Under the pieces are notes generated by a model. The model did no database searches and had not been told where the DNA came from. It saw only the letters and a program-made list of their open reading frames with translations. Of a stretch of DNA of 64,000 nucleotides, positions 42,133 through 56,830 are shown piece after piece; the first letter of the stretch is position 1; each line of letters starts with the position of its first letter. This DNA is from Octopus vulgaris (lineage: Eukaryota). The position numbers and the translations under genes were made by a program. Where the stretch lies: contig OX597819.1 of NCBI GenBank assembly GCA_951406725.2, positions 42,160,001-42,224,000 of the forward strand, given 5' to 3'.

Positions 42133-43323
42133 TAAGGTTGTCACACATGAAATGTCACATTTTTAATTGTTATTTTAGTCATTTAAAAGCTCAATTGTGT
42201 ATACCCTTTAATTTAATCTTGACTCTTTTTCTTTCCAGACAATATTGGTATACAAAATGCGCATCCACAGATCTCATGAAAATGATAACAACCAAACAAT
42301 GTGGAGTGATTTTCTTGCATGAGTACAAACTGGTTCACTCTGCCGCAGCTCTACGGAATATCAAGCGGGCCTTTGGTAATGGTTTTGTTGACATCAGAAC
42401 TGTTCAGAGATGGTTCCAAAGATCTCGTTCAGGGGATGATAGCCTTTTAAACGAACCAAGGGGGAGGCCAAAATCAGTTATTCAGCATGATGGATTAAAT
42501 GCTTTCTTGAACAAAATCCGAGAACAACGGTCAGAAAACTTTCACCAGAACTCCAAACACTTCATACAACTGTTTCTCGATACCTGAAAGAAATTGGAAA
42601 ATTCAAGAAAATGGATAGATTTGTTCCATATCAACTGAACAAGATTTATTATTGCTTTCTCGACTGGAAAAAGAACCATTTTTGCATCGAATCATTACAT
42701 GTGATGAGAAATGGATACTCTTTGACAACAGCCGGAGAACAGGACAGTGATTAGATGCAGGAGAGTCACCTAAACACTACCCAAAACCACTAATGCACCC
42801 TAAACAGTCGGTGGTCACTCTATGGTAGTCTGCGATTATTCATTATTCATCTTTGCAAACATTGTATTGCTAGGAAATTGATTGTATGCATGAAGATTTG
42901 AAAAAAAAAGAAGGAACCCAGACTAGTGAATGGAGATGGCCTAATTTTGCTCCATGACAATGAACGTCCTCACACTTCTCAAGCTACGGTCCAAAAGTTA
43001 CAAAGCCTGAATTATGAGATTTGGCAACATCCTCCCTATTCCTCTGATATCTCTTCTACTGATCATCACTTTTTAAAGTACTTTGAGCTTTTCATAATCA
43101 ATAAAACATTCTTAAATAGAGAAGAGGTAATTGAAACGTTCGGACAGTTTATCACAGTAAAAGAAGAAAATTTTTTTAAAGATGGAATATATGACATAGA
43201 GAAACGTTGGGTAAACGTTATAAATGAACATGGATCATACTTTGATTAAATAAATTAGTTCTCTTACACTTCTGAAACATTTTATTGTTACCTTTGAAAT
43301 ACATTTCATGCGTGACAACCTAA
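42133..43323 (+). mobile_element. Decayed full-length mariner (Hsmar1/cecropia-like)
   Basis: TIRs t.aggttgtcac.catgaaatgt with TA flanks; RTVQRWFQR..SGD, TCDEKW, LHDNERPH and HPPYSSDISSTD. Confidence 0.92.
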
Positions 43324-43335
43324 TATACATGTGTG

Positions 43336-43388
<53 letters not shown>

Positions 43389-43924
43389 TGTTATATTTCG
43401 GAATGGTCATATTGCCAGTTTAGCAATAAAAACACACGCACTATATATTTGGTGTTATTTTGCTTCAGTGATATTTATTTTTACATTAATCTTAATCTTA
43501 TTTCGGCAAAGTTCTTTCGTCACACTCCTGTGACCGCATCAGTGGTCCTTTGTTTTCTCACTTACTTGTGTCTCTCCTTACTAACCGTCAGCTATTTTGT
43601 ATTTCTATTGTATGTCTTCATTTGCGCATGCTTATATCTCTATGTGCGTCTATGTTTATTTAGTGTGTGTGTGGGGATGCCGTAATATTTGTATCTTCTG
43701 GTTATATACATTCTTGTAATTTGTATTTTGTTTTGTTGTTGTTGTTGTTCTAATTTTGTTCATGTGTTTACATCCACCCATTATTATCATTACATATGCT
43801 TGTATGTATGTATAACAACAATATTAGTTTATTGCAAACTGGCAATATGACCATTCCGAAATATAACAATATCTGTTTCAACACACGACTTCACATAAAA
43901 ATCTTGCACAACAAATATTTAAAC

Positions 43925-43993
<69 letters not shown>

Positions 43994-44082
43994 TACACAC
44001 ATACATATACATATATGTATATACACCTATACATATACATAAATACATATCCGTACACAAACTCATATAAAATAAATAAATA

Positions 44083-44158
<76 letters not shown>

Positions 44159-44159
44159 G

Positions 44160-44405
44160 ATGTTTCCTTCTTGAGCCTGCCAGGCTCATAAGGGCTGGTT
44201 TGCCGGCTTCAATGGCGTATAAATTCGCCCACCTGGACGGGACGCCAGTCTATCACAGGATTACTCATTTTTGCCAGCTGAGTGAACTGGAGCAACGTGA
44301 AATGAAGGGTTTTGCTCAAGAATACAACTCGTCGCCCGGTCCATGAATTGAAACCACAATCTTACGATCATGAGTCCAGCGCCCTAACCACTAAGCCACG
44401 CACCT
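44160..44405 (-). mobile_element. tRNA-SINE family D with (ATT)n tail
   Basis: A box tggcttagtgg, B-box-like gtttcaattc; related to 4200-4455. Confidence 0.75.
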
Positions 44406-45000
44406 CACACCTAACACACTCACAACAAATATTTAAACGTATATATATATATATATCACGAGATATAGATATATAATTTTACAATTTTCTTTCTTTTTCT
44501 CTCTCTAAGCATGTATGTGCATATATATATATATATATGAAATACGTATATATGTATATATATATAAGTGTTTGTATGTGTGTGTATTTGTGTGTGTGTA
44601 TAAATAAATAAAATTTTAATGGTTTAGTGGGAGGAAGATGAGGGGGATGGGAAGCGTCTGTGACCTTTGCAACTCATCCCAAAACTGATGGCGGAGAAGT
44701 TATGAAGAAACGATGATGCAGGGATCGCTGCAATAGGAAACAGCTTATCAAGCTATCGTGTTATCTTCAAACCGGAGACCACAATCATAAAGTGCATTCC
44801 GCTAAAGGCACCCACGGGTCACGTGATTATGTCAAAGCGAGGCACATGTTTGCGCTAGAAACCAGGAAAAAGTAGAGACGGGTCGGATTGAAAGCAATTT
44901 TTGTCACGACAATTTCTTTGGTAGGGATAGGATTAAACCCGAAGCTAGTGTAGAATAAATTGCTGTGCGCCGAACCCGATTTCACAATGGTGATACGTTG

Positions 45001-45402
45001 TGCGGTAAGTAGCTTGCTTACCAACCACATGGCTCCAGGTTCAGTCCTACTGCGTGGCACCTTGGGCAAGTGTCTTCTACTATAGCTTCGGACCGACCAA
45101 AGCTTTGTGAGTGGATTTTGGGAGACGAAAATTGAAAGAAGCCCGTCGTATATATGTATATATATGTATGTGTGTATATATGCTTGTGTGTCTGTGTTTC
45201 TCCCCCACCCAAAAAAAAATCGCTTGACAACCGATGCTGGTGTGTTTACGTCCCCGCAACTTAGCGGTTCGGCAAAAGAAACGATAGAATAAGTACTAGG
45301 CTTACAAAGAATAAGTCCTTGGGCCGATTTGCTCGATCGACTAAAGGCGGTGCTCCACCATGGCCTCAATCAAATGACTGAAACAAGTAAAAGAGAAAGA
45401 GA
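45001..45402 (+). mobile_element. tRNA-SINE family A
   Basis: Homology to 46236. Confidence 0.9.
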
Positions 45403-45460
45403 GAACATATATATATATATTATATTATATTATATTATATTATATTATATTATATTATAT

Positions 45461-45528
<68 letters not shown>

Positions 45529-45579
45529 ATATATAGGAATATATATACGTGTTAATTGTTAACAAGGTACAATACACTC

Positions 45580-45693
<114 letters not shown>

Positions 45694-46235
45694 CAGTGAA
45701 GTGAAGTTCTTAATTATGCGGTTAGGGTTCCGCATTACTGTATAATAAATGGGATCTCGGGAAGAAGTTTTGATCGTGGATTTTCAGTTTTTCGATCAAA
45801 TAAACAGCCAAGATAGTTGAATAAACGTATAGGAGGTTAAGTTTTTTTTTACAAGCATGTGTGCCCTTAATGCAGGGACACTGCATTCCCTGATGACTGG
45901 ATTAAAAAAAAAAATTTTGCAATTAGAAAATAACGTTTAAAATCCAAAACTATATAACTGCTACTAAAACTCAATAAATTTGGTAATAAAATACCATGCT
46001 ACAACAATTTGAAAACTTTATTAAAGCATAAATCGTTGCTTTTATGCAACGTAAGAGTCGTAAGTCCGAAACGTTGCTTTTTCAGAAAACGAAAAATATA
46101 GTTTCACCATTCCATAGCAAAACCGTTGTACTACACTTTGACAATTTCTTTTTATATCTTGGCATCTGAAGCAGCTGAAGATGCGATAGTTTGACCAAAA
46201 GAACAGGCTATTGCAAACAAAAATAAATATTAATA

Positions 46236-46397
46236 GGCGCAGGAGTGGCTGTGTGGTAAGTAGCTTGTTTACCAGCCACATGGTTCCGGGTTCAGTCCCA
46301 CTGTGTGGCACCTTGGGCAAGTGTCTTCTACTATAGCCTCGGACCGACCAAAGCCTTGTGAGTGGATTTGGTAGACGGAAACTGAAAGAAGCCCGTC

Positions 46398-46457
<60 letters not shown>

Positions 46458-46675
46458 GTGTGTGTTTGTGTGTCTGTGTTTGTCCCCCTAGCATTGCTTG
46501 ACAACCGATGCTGGTGCATTTATGTCCCCGTTACTTAGCGGTTCGGCACAAGAGACCGATAGAATAAGTACTGGGCTTACAAAAGAATAAGTCCCGGGGT
46601 CGAGTTGCTCGATTAAAGGCGATGCTCCAGCATGGCCGCAGTCAAATGACTGAAACAAGTAAAAGAGTAAAAGAG
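46236..46675 (+). mobile_element. tRNA-SINE family A, full-length reference copy (CORE-SINE-like)
   Basis: A box tggctgtgtgg, B box ggttcagtccc, CORE-like accttgggcaagt, internal (TA)n(TG)n, tail gactgaaacaagtaaaagag. Confidence 0.92.
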
Positions 46676-47492
46676 TATTGAAGAAAAAGAAAAACGCATT
46701 GGCACAATTTGGACATACGGCAGTTTAACATAATAGCAATAAAATTTATTTCCGTACAGGAACCTGATGCATCTATTCTGGTCTACCACTTATTTTACTT
46801 CCTACCTTTCTAATGTGAACTTCCCTTATATACATAAATGATATCATTCTTTCTACCTAAATGAATATCACTTTATAACCATTTCATCTGTCCATAGGCA
46901 CAATCGGCCTTCAGGCAGTTTCCACCAACCCTACTTCCATCCCAAGGTTAGACACTAGGGAGAAAAAAAAATCTTGACCAACATGCCATGCAATTGGATC
47001 GAACCTGGGACCCCACGATTGAGAAGCAAACCATTTTTTTTTAGCCATTTAGTTAAGCCTGCGTCCATTTCAGTCAATAGGTCAGCAGCAATACACATCA
47101 ACATCACATCATACAGAAGATGTGATTGTGAAGATTCCGAAATTCTACCAACGGATTTGAGAACTTTATTTTTTGAAACAAGGAAGCCATAATCAAATAG
47201 AACATGATGAAGATAGAACGCAGTCGTGTTTTCAGTACAACACATGTACACGAACGCACACAATCACACAAAAACATTAAATTATTCGAAGCTGAATAAC
47301 TACACACTTATGTATATAAATACCCTCATACATATGCATATACACGCATAAACACCACCATACATACATATATATATATATACACATAAACATTGCGCCG
47401 TATTTGTGTATGCATGTGTATACATACATACATACATACATACATACATACATACATACATACGTACATACATACATACACACACACGCGCT

Positions 47493-47529
<37 letters not shown>

Positions 47530-47531
<2 letters not shown>

Positions 47532-47855
47532 GAACATTCCGTCGGTTACGACGACGAGGGTTCCAGTTGATCCGCTCAACGGAAAAACCTGCTCGTCAAA
47601 TTAACGTGCAAGTGGCTGAGCACTCCACAGACACGTGTACCCTTAACGTAGTTCTCGGGGAGATTCAGCGTGATACAGAGCGTGACAAGGCTGGTCCTTT
47701 GAAATACACGTACAACAGACACAGGAAGAAAGACTGAGAGAAAGTTGTGGTGAAAGAGTACAGCAGGGTTCGCTACAACCCCCTACCAGAGCCTCGTGGA
47801 GCTTTAGGTGCTTTCGCTCAATAAACACTCACAACGCCCGGTCTGGGAATCGAAA
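47530..47855 (-). mobile_element. tRNA-SINE family C, 5'-truncated
   Basis: Reverse complement of the 9509 body. Confidence 0.88.
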
Positions 47856-47864
47856 ATGCATGTA

Positions 47865-49010
47865 TCAGGTCATCCCATTAGTTATGTCCGAATTTTAAAT
47901 AAGCAAAAAACAAGTGATCAAATGATATATTTAATTGAAATTTAATCATCAATGTACTTTCTCTGATTATCTACGACTTCCTTCCATCTATTTACAAGCT
48001 TTTTAATCCTATCAATGTAAAACTCTTTTGGTTTCAAAGCGAAGAACTCTGAAATGTCAGTTTCGACCCCACTCCCCGGCTTGCGAAAGTTATGTCCTCC
48101 AAATGATTCTGTAAACTACGAAACAAATGATAGTCTGAAGGAGCAAGGTTGGGAGAATAAGATGGATGAGGAATTTTTCCCAACCAAACTCTTCGATCTT
48201 CTACCATGTGAGCTTTGCAGTGTGGGGTCACGCATTCTCCTGATGAAACATTACTCCTTTTCGATTCACTAAAGCGGATCTTTTTTCTTCAAAGCTTGGT
48301 TCAAACGCTCTAATTGCTGACAAAAGACTTGAGCATTGATTGTTGCATTAGGTGGGACCAATTCAAAGTGAATTACTCCTTTACGATTCCACCAGATAGA
48401 GAGAAGAACCTTTTCCCCATGAAGTTCCCTTCTTGGTTGTGGTTGAACTTTTTCCCTTTTACCAAGCCACTGTTTACGATCTTACCATTTCGATAGAAGA
48501 TCCATTTTTCGTCATCAGTCACAAGTCTATCCAAAAAGGGTGAAATGAGTTCGATAGAATGGAGATAATGGAGAGCAGATGTCACCTCGGGATTTGCGGT
48601 TGCTTTCGGACAATTCATGATGCACCCATTTTCCAAGCTGTTGAAGATGACGATGAACAGTTGTATGGTTTGAACTAAGTTTTAATGCCAATTCTTCAAC
48701 TGATAATGCAGGATTTTCTTCAAGCTATGCCTCAAGGAACTTATCATCAAACTCAACGGGACGTCCTGTTCGATCTTCATCTTCAAGGCTGAAATTTACA
48801 TTTCTGAATTTTGCAGATCATCTTCAGCAAATTCTTTCATTCAAGCATTCTTTCCCATAAACTGAGTGTATGTTTCGAGTCGCCTCGGTTGCAGAGTTTC
48901 CTTTTTTGTACTCATAAAGTATTATATGTCTTAAATGCTCCATGAATACTTCCGGTTTTAATCCAAGAAATTTTAATTCTATTATTCTGTAAAATAATAT
49001 TTAATTAGTT

Positions 49011-49016
<6 letters not shown>
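47865..49016 (-). mobile_element. Decayed mariner, copy 2 (inverted relative to 40376-41607), 5' end lost in (TA)n
   Basis: TA-tcaggtcatcccattagttatg TIR; TDDEKW and PSYSPNLAPSDYHLFRSLQN; long homology to copy 1. Confidence 0.93.
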
Positions 49017-49095
<79 letters not shown>

Positions 49096-49644
49096 TGAGC
49101 TGGAAGGAGCGGCGTACGTTTTATAACGATTAAAATGCCAATTACATCACACTCACACACATACACGCACACACATACTTATATATATGCGCGCGTGTGT
49201 AGTGTGAGATTGTATGTTTGTGTTTGTGTGTGTCTGTGTATTATATTAGTGTCTGTGACTGCGTGTTAATGTTTGCATCTGTATTTAAGTGCTCGCATAT
49301 CTACATGCGTGGGTGTCTGTTAGCATGTGCGCCTTTGTGTCTATCTGTGGAGCCTGCATTAATAAATTTTAAAGCTTATAAACATTTTAATGCACGTATG
49401 AGCAACTATTTGTTTACGTGTGTGTATATACATGTCTGTGTAAATGTGATTCTGTATTTGACTTGTTCGGTGGAAGAAGGAAATTTTCAAAGTTTTACAA
49501 TTTTACCACAAAAGCCGTCTAAAGTTTTCCAAACAATATTCATGTTTCAGCTTCTTAAACTAAAACAAGAAGACGATTGGAATTTTTTTAATATTTTCTT
49601 AATTTAGCTAGTTTATCGATTTAGTTGTGAAATGTATTTGTCAT

Positions 49645-50059
49645 AGGAGTGGCTGTGTGGTAAGAAGCTTGCTTCCCAACCACATGGATCTAGGTTCAGT
49701 ATCCACCGCATAGTATCTTAGGCAAGTATCTTCTGATATAGCCTCGGGCCAACCAAAGCCTTGTGAGTGGATTTGGTAAACGGAAACTGAAAGAAGCCCG
49801 TCGTATATATATACGTGTATATACATATATATATGTGTGTGTGTGTGCGTGTGTGTGTTTGTGTGTCTGTGTTTGTCCCCGCATCATCGCTTGACAACCG
49901 ATGTTGGTGTGTTTACGCCGCCGTAACTTAGCGCTTCGGCTAAAGAGACCGATAAAATAAGTATTAGGCTTACAAAGAATAAGTTCTAGGGTCGTTTGTT
50001 CGACTAAAGGCAGTGCTCCAGCGTGGCCGCGGATAAATGATTGAAAATCAGTAAAAGAA
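49645..50059 (+). mobile_element. tRNA-SINE family A
   Basis: Homology to 46236. Confidence 0.88.
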
Positions 50060-51427
50060 TTAATGTTGGAGATGTTGACAGAAAACTCTATAATATTTGT
50101 TGAACAAATGTAACTTCACAACACATTTAAAAACAAAACTTTTTAAAAACCTGAAACGGAAAGAAAATGTTCATGAGATACCCTTAAACCTTAGAATCCG
50201 TAACACTCATATAGCGGTGGCAATGCTGTAGCACCGGTAAAGTGATGCGGGGTCACTAAGTGTAACATATGTTTGATTATGCATGTTTTGATCCTCTTTT
50301 AATCGCCCAACCATTTGCAAGTACATATAAAATGTTTGTTGCCTTATAACCTAATGAGAATGTAAAAGCCGTATCATCTGTGTTTTGACAGCCTCGCTTC
50401 TAATCCCTGTCCGAACCGGGTACAAACATGTCCCAAGAGCTCAGGAATAGGATCAAATAGCGCCAAGGTGGTCAGGGCTCAAGGAGTTAATTATCAGGCG
50501 GTTCTACAATGCATGCAATTCTCTGTGTACATTCCTAGTTTTTCTATTACTGACTCTTGACCATAAATTTCAATGTGAAAGACTGAATTAAGCCATATTC
50601 TCTTCCATTGATAAAGAAGAAGTTTCAAATATACTTTTAAAATGAGAAAAAGCAGTTTTTGAAATTTTATTTCCGAACGCATTATATGTCTATTTATATA
50701 TTGAGAGTTTATGTGTATAATTGTTTAATATAAAGCGTTACCTAAATACAACAACACCACTTCATCTCTACTCAGAAACCCATACTACAAATAAAAATGG
50801 TTCATCACCACTTAAACTAACTTTATCACCTTCTCCTTAAGGACATAGCAATATACCAAAAAATAGATAAGCACTTTTGAACACCAATCAAATCAGCTCA
50901 AGACCAGAAACTACCTTATCTATAACTAGTGAAAAATAATATAAATACAATATTTCTGTATCACGGTCTGACGAAGTGTACGAAGAAACCGACGGTAATT
51001 TTAATCCTTGAACTTTTCCTGTAGATCAATTAATTTACTTACCACATCAACTTTTTGCTTCTAAGTATTATTACGTGTACCGTACAAAAACTCTACACGC
51101 ACACGCACACACACACGCACACGCACACACACACCATACAACAGCCATATACGTACACGTATACAATAAATTCTTGATTTGCAAAAATGATCTCCGCCTC
51201 TACAGGATATATTATAATTGCCAAATGGCAATTAAGACTAGCTTCACTTGAGAAGAGGGAGATAATCTCAAGATTTAAGAATTTCTCCGAAGGTGATATG
51301 CCATTAAGAAAAGGACAAACTTTTTGAACGGAGATGAGGAAAATCGTGAACACGTATTTCTCTCCTAATATCTCAACAATATCTCTAATATGAAAAAAAA
51401 ACTTCAGACTTATACAATATATATATA

Positions 51428-51821
51428 GGCGCAGGAGTGGCTGTATGGTAAGTAGCTTGCTCACTAACCACATGGCTCCAGGTTCAGTCCCACTGCGTGG
51501 TACCTTGGGCAAATGTCCTCTACTATAGCCTCGGGCCGACCAAAGCCTTATGTGTGGATTTGGTAGACGGAAACTGAAAGAAGCCCGTCGTATATATGTA
51601 TATGTATATATATGTATGTGTGTGCGTGTGTTTGTGTGTCTGTGTTTGTCCCCTCAACATCGCTTGACAACCGATGCTTGCGTGTTTACGTCCCCGTAAC
51701 TTAGGGATTCGGCAAAATAGACCGATAGAATAAGTACTAGGCTTACAAAGAATAAGTCCCTGGGGTCGATTTGGTCGACTAAAAGCGGTGCTCCAGCATG
51801 GACTGAAAAGTTAGTAAAAGA

Positions 51822-51822
<1 letters not shown>
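51428..51822 (+). mobile_element. tRNA-SINE family A
   Basis: Homology to 46236. Confidence 0.9.
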
Positions 51823-51908
<86 letters not shown>

Positions 51909-51957
51909 CATATATATATGTATATGTATATATGAATGTATGTGTGTATATATATGT

Positions 51958-52001
<44 letters not shown>

Positions 52002-52003
52002 AC

Positions 52004-52086
<83 letters not shown>

Positions 52087-52817
52087 GTGCATACGTCACA
52101 ATTTCTGGAAGGCGCGACATGACAGCAGTATAGTTTAGAGATTTTTTTAATATTCTTCTATATGTTATATTCATATACTTAAATGTTTCATTGGTCAATT
52201 TGTTGTTGCAGCCATGATGGTCAGATCAGTGGTGATGGTATTTCCGGATCATTAATAATGTATAGATATTTGCTGGACAAATAGACACATTGTGTAGACA
52301 CTGAGTATATAAAGAGACTACGTGTAGACTCCTAGGAGTCGAAGAAACTGTGAGAAGGTCAAGAAATGAAGTAGGGTTAATAAAAGAAGGATAAAATTCG
52401 AGGATTCTACAAAGATAATGAGCTGAAAATTTTTAATTTTAAATGATTAAATTTAAAATAGTTAAATATAATCGATGACCTCTCCACGATGAAATGTCTA
52501 AGAGCTGCTTTCTTTCGTTGTGAAGGTAGGAAATGTAGCAAAGAGAATATTCTTAATTTGTTCGGGTAAATTCCAAGGTTTCTAAGTTTGTGATAGTGGA
52601 TTACGGCTGAGCTTAGGATAAACAACAACATCGTTTCCATTGAGTTGGAGCGAAAGGTGGAAACACCTCAGCTTTGCTATGAACTTACCCAACATCCTCA
52701 CCCGCACCCGCTTCGTATCCGGCTACCCTAACTACCCCACATAATCTCGAATGTTCTATTCAACAATGATTTAGTTCTTCAGTCCTGAATCCGAATATAT
52801 AAAAAAACACACTCCTC

Positions 52818-52850
<33 letters not shown>

Positions 52851-52875
52851 CTCCTCCTCCTCCTCCTCCTCCTCC

Positions 52876-52924
<49 letters not shown>

Positions 52925-53311
52925 ACGTCGTCTAGCCCCTCCACTAGTAGTATCTGTTTACTTCCGAAATATGCTTCAGCCTTAATACTTTAATCCTGTT
53001 CTTAATCGTGGTTCTAATCCCTGTCACCAGACACCGTGATCACCATTCTATAACAAGATAGGCGAGGAAGGACCCCCTTCTCCCTTCTTTCACCACCACA
53101 GTGTCACACGGTCTGCTAGAAAGAGTAGCCAACCAAATCTGACTTAAATCACGCCCCACTGTTTAAAAAAAACTGAAGGACATATTTGAGACGTCTGAGA
53201 TCACACACGCATACACAAACCCACACGCAGCAAGATGGTTGTCTGGGAGGGCTTTGATAATAGAACTTTTCTATCAGCACGGACATGGGGCGAAACACCA
53301 CCAAGACCACC

Positions 53312-53343
<32 letters not shown>

Positions 53344-53575
53344 CAATAGCACCAACAGCACGTAAGCCATTGTGTCTCGAAATAATTAAAAGTCTTTTCC
53401 AGGTGGTGCTATTGATTTCGTCATGGCCTGGACCGATAATGGCCGAAACCAATCTAAGTTACCTAAATTATACAGCAGCAGTATTAGCAGGAACGCCACT
53501 ACCACCACCACCACCACCAACACCACCACCACCACCAACACCAACACCACCACCACCACCACCACCACCACCACC

Positions 53576-53630
<55 letters not shown>

Positions 53631-54140
53631 ATTCTCTAAGAAGCGGATCTGAAGTGGAGAGGGTATCTCACTGATGATGTCGAAAATGGGGACGAAGTTA
53701 CTCTGATAAACCTGATTGATTGATCGATCGATCGATCGATCGATTAGTTTAATTGGTTAAATGTTAACGAATTGACCAATAATAAGAGATGTGAAACGGA
53801 ACCAGCATATGTGTTTATCAGAAGCATAATGACTCTCCCGAGCTTCAACAAATCCCTCATAAGTGCTTCTACTGTAGATAGAGAACGCACAATTTTGAGG
53901 GGAGGGAGATTAGCCGATACCTCAAAAAAAGGGTTACACTTGTACTTTATTTTATCAATCTCGAAGACAAAAAGCAAAGTTGACATCGGCGGCATTTGTA
54001 CTCAGAGCGTAAAGAACCTGGACAATTAACGCACGACATTTTGTTCGACGCACTATTAATTCTTCCAGCCTCACCTTCCCCTCTTCATATAATTTCTCTA
54101 CTCTGTCATCCTTCCTCTACCTTACCCTCCATTATACCTA

Positions 54141-54368
54141 TTTCTTTATTACCCACAAGGGGCTAAACACAGAGGGGACAAACAAGGACAGACATAGGTA
54201 TTAAGTCGATTACATCGACCCCAGTGCGTAACTGGTACTTAATTTATCGACCCCGAAAGGATGAAAGGCAAAGTCGACCTCGGCGGAATTTGAACTCACA
54301 ACGTAACGCAAACGAAATACCGCTAAGCACTTCGCCCGGCGTGCTAACGTTTCTGCCAGCTCGCCGCC
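54141..54368 (-). mobile_element. tRNA-SINE family B
   Basis: Full copy; flanking direct repeat ccctccattataccta. Confidence 0.9.
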
Positions 54369-55588
54369 TTCATTATACCTACCCTCCATTATACCTACTT
54401 ATCCTACAACCTCCCACTGTCTCCCATTCCTCCAACTTCGTTCCTACTGTCTAATGTCAACCCTCCACCCCTCCCACCCTTTTCACAGCCCCGCCCTAAA
54501 CCAATTCTTGCCCCGTCAATCCTCGTTTGGGTTCCTGTTTGGTGAGAAATGGCAACAGATTTTGATTCCAAGAAATACATAACCACTTATGACGTCATTC
54601 GCTGGTAGAAGAATATGGAGGAGCGATCACCAACGAAAACATAAGTTACCACCACCACCACAAATATAAACACAACCGCTATCATCATCATCATCATCAT
54701 CATCGTCGTCGTCGTCGTCGTCATCATCATCATCATCATCATCATTATCATCACTGTAAACGATATCACTACTTCCAGCGTCGCATACACGTCATAACCA
54801 CTCCCATTACGCAGGTATCACTTCTAGAGGAACTTCTAAGCGGTTGATAAACGTGCTAGAAATAGCAGTCAAATCTCTTTCGAAGTGCAGCCTAGCATCT
54901 TAAAAAACGACGCGTTAAATCACATCAAAGTGAAAACAATTCTAGATTTGTCAAAGTCCTTTCGTCGTAATTCGCTACCTCATCAATGACATGCTCTCTC
55001 TCTACTCCTGTACTGGAGGTCACGGGTGGCGGTGAAAGGACTTTGATAAACCCGATTACTTGATTGACCAAATGTTTAATCAAACAATTGAATAGTTAAC
55101 TCGTTAAATAGACAATTAACGAATAAAAATAAAGTGAAATAAAACTTATTATTGGCACAATGACCCTCCCGAGATACAAAAAATTATATTATTGATATAT
55201 TCATTGACTAATATAGTCTTATTTTTTTGTCATCGTAGAGTTATGCCTATTTCGTTCTCTGCATGGGATATGGAAACAGTTACTTTACCACACTAATTTC
55301 ATTTGCGGCATAGCAAGGGGTAAGCTCTCAGTGTGATGTCATTTCAGTCGTTGCTTAAACCAAGTCATTTCGTTTACCCTGAATAAACAATGAACTTCAC
55401 AAATTTTCATTTTATGCTTCTTCCTCGCTATCAGGCATTTCAAATCAGTAAGGACTAAACCGGTCTATGTATGTATGTATGTCATTATTCAGTTTATTTC
55501 AAGATGTCTTGCCGATAGAGAAAGAACCGGTTTCTAACCTAGATACAAGGCTCCTTCACTGGAATTTCAACATCAACAACAGGGTATG

Positions 55589-55622
<34 letters not shown>

Positions 55623-56271
55623 TGTATGTATGTATGTATGTATGTATGTATGTATGTATGTATGCATGCATGTATGTATGTATGCATGCATGCATGCATG
55701 TGTGTATGTATGCATGCATGTATATATGCATGCATGCATGTATGTATGTGCAGTTTTGTATGTATGTATGTATGTATGTATGTATGTATGTATGTATGTA
55801 TGTATGTATGTGCAGATTTGTATGTTTTATGTATGTATTCTCATGCATATAGTTACATATCTAGACATGCTCATATATATTTAAATGATAAACTTCTGGA
55901 AAGTCTTACAGACTTTTACAGTTCCAGTGATGGATTGGATCTATAGTCTTCGAATCAGCTTTCTCCTTCCTGGTTTTGAGAAGCCTAATTTCTCAAGATT
56001 GGTATTTAGGCAGTGTGTTACATATCTCAGGGCCTCAAGAAATACATAACCACTTATGACATCATTCGCTATTAGAAGAACCTGAACTTGTAATCCGGAT
56101 AGAGTACCTGCAGATTACTCTATAGTTCAACATAGTTGTTCTCTTTTTCACCGACCTTCAGCTTTATGTAAACATCCGCTAGGCAGCTGATTCCCACAAC
56201 TGTACGCAATTGTATGTATGTATGTATGTATGTATGTATGTATGTATGTATGTATGTATGTATGTATGTAT

Positions 56272-56830
56272 ATGTCAGGTCACTTTCGAGTGCTACTGGT
56301 AACATGTAACCCAGTACAACCTGTTGCATGGTCGGGTCGTCGGCGACTAAACCGGCAACCCCACCAAGCTTGCTTGGTGAGGAGGGTATTTATTGGACAC
56401 CCTGCGGGATGAAAAACAAAACCCGTCAAAGGGCGGAGGAACTCTTGAAAGTCAACGGCCATCCAATAAATGTCTTAATGCTGTATCATGCGCGGGGACA
56501 TAGAAATAATCGGACTGAATACCCGATCGCGCGGTTAAACCGTTGGGAGTGAAGGACTCCTAGCCTTTGTTAGGGCATCCTTCTAGGAGATGGTAATTCA
56601 GGTAACTGGGATAACTCCGGCATAAATCTGCGGCTCAGTGGTTACCGATGATGTTGACTTGTTCTTCTTTTCGGATTATGGCTGCTGTTGCTTAGTGAGT
56701 GGGATTGACTCAGTGCACAGCCTTTCCTCACTTTAAAAAAAATCTTCTTGCACAGGCATTGCACAATAACAACATTGATTAAGCTTCGTGCAATGGCCAT
56801 ACTTGATAACGAGGGGACAGCCACCAAGAA
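56272..56830 (+). mobile_element. Bipartite non-autonomous RTE derivative (structured 5' head plus LINE 3' UTR) embedded in (TATG)n
   Basis: Head shared with 34280; 56779-56810 matches the reverse complement of 62955-62986 at 31/32. Confidence 0.75.

Noticed and set aside
50184-50490. Second TTAA-flanked piggyBac-like element
   Set aside because: Terminal inverted repeat match too weak to support.
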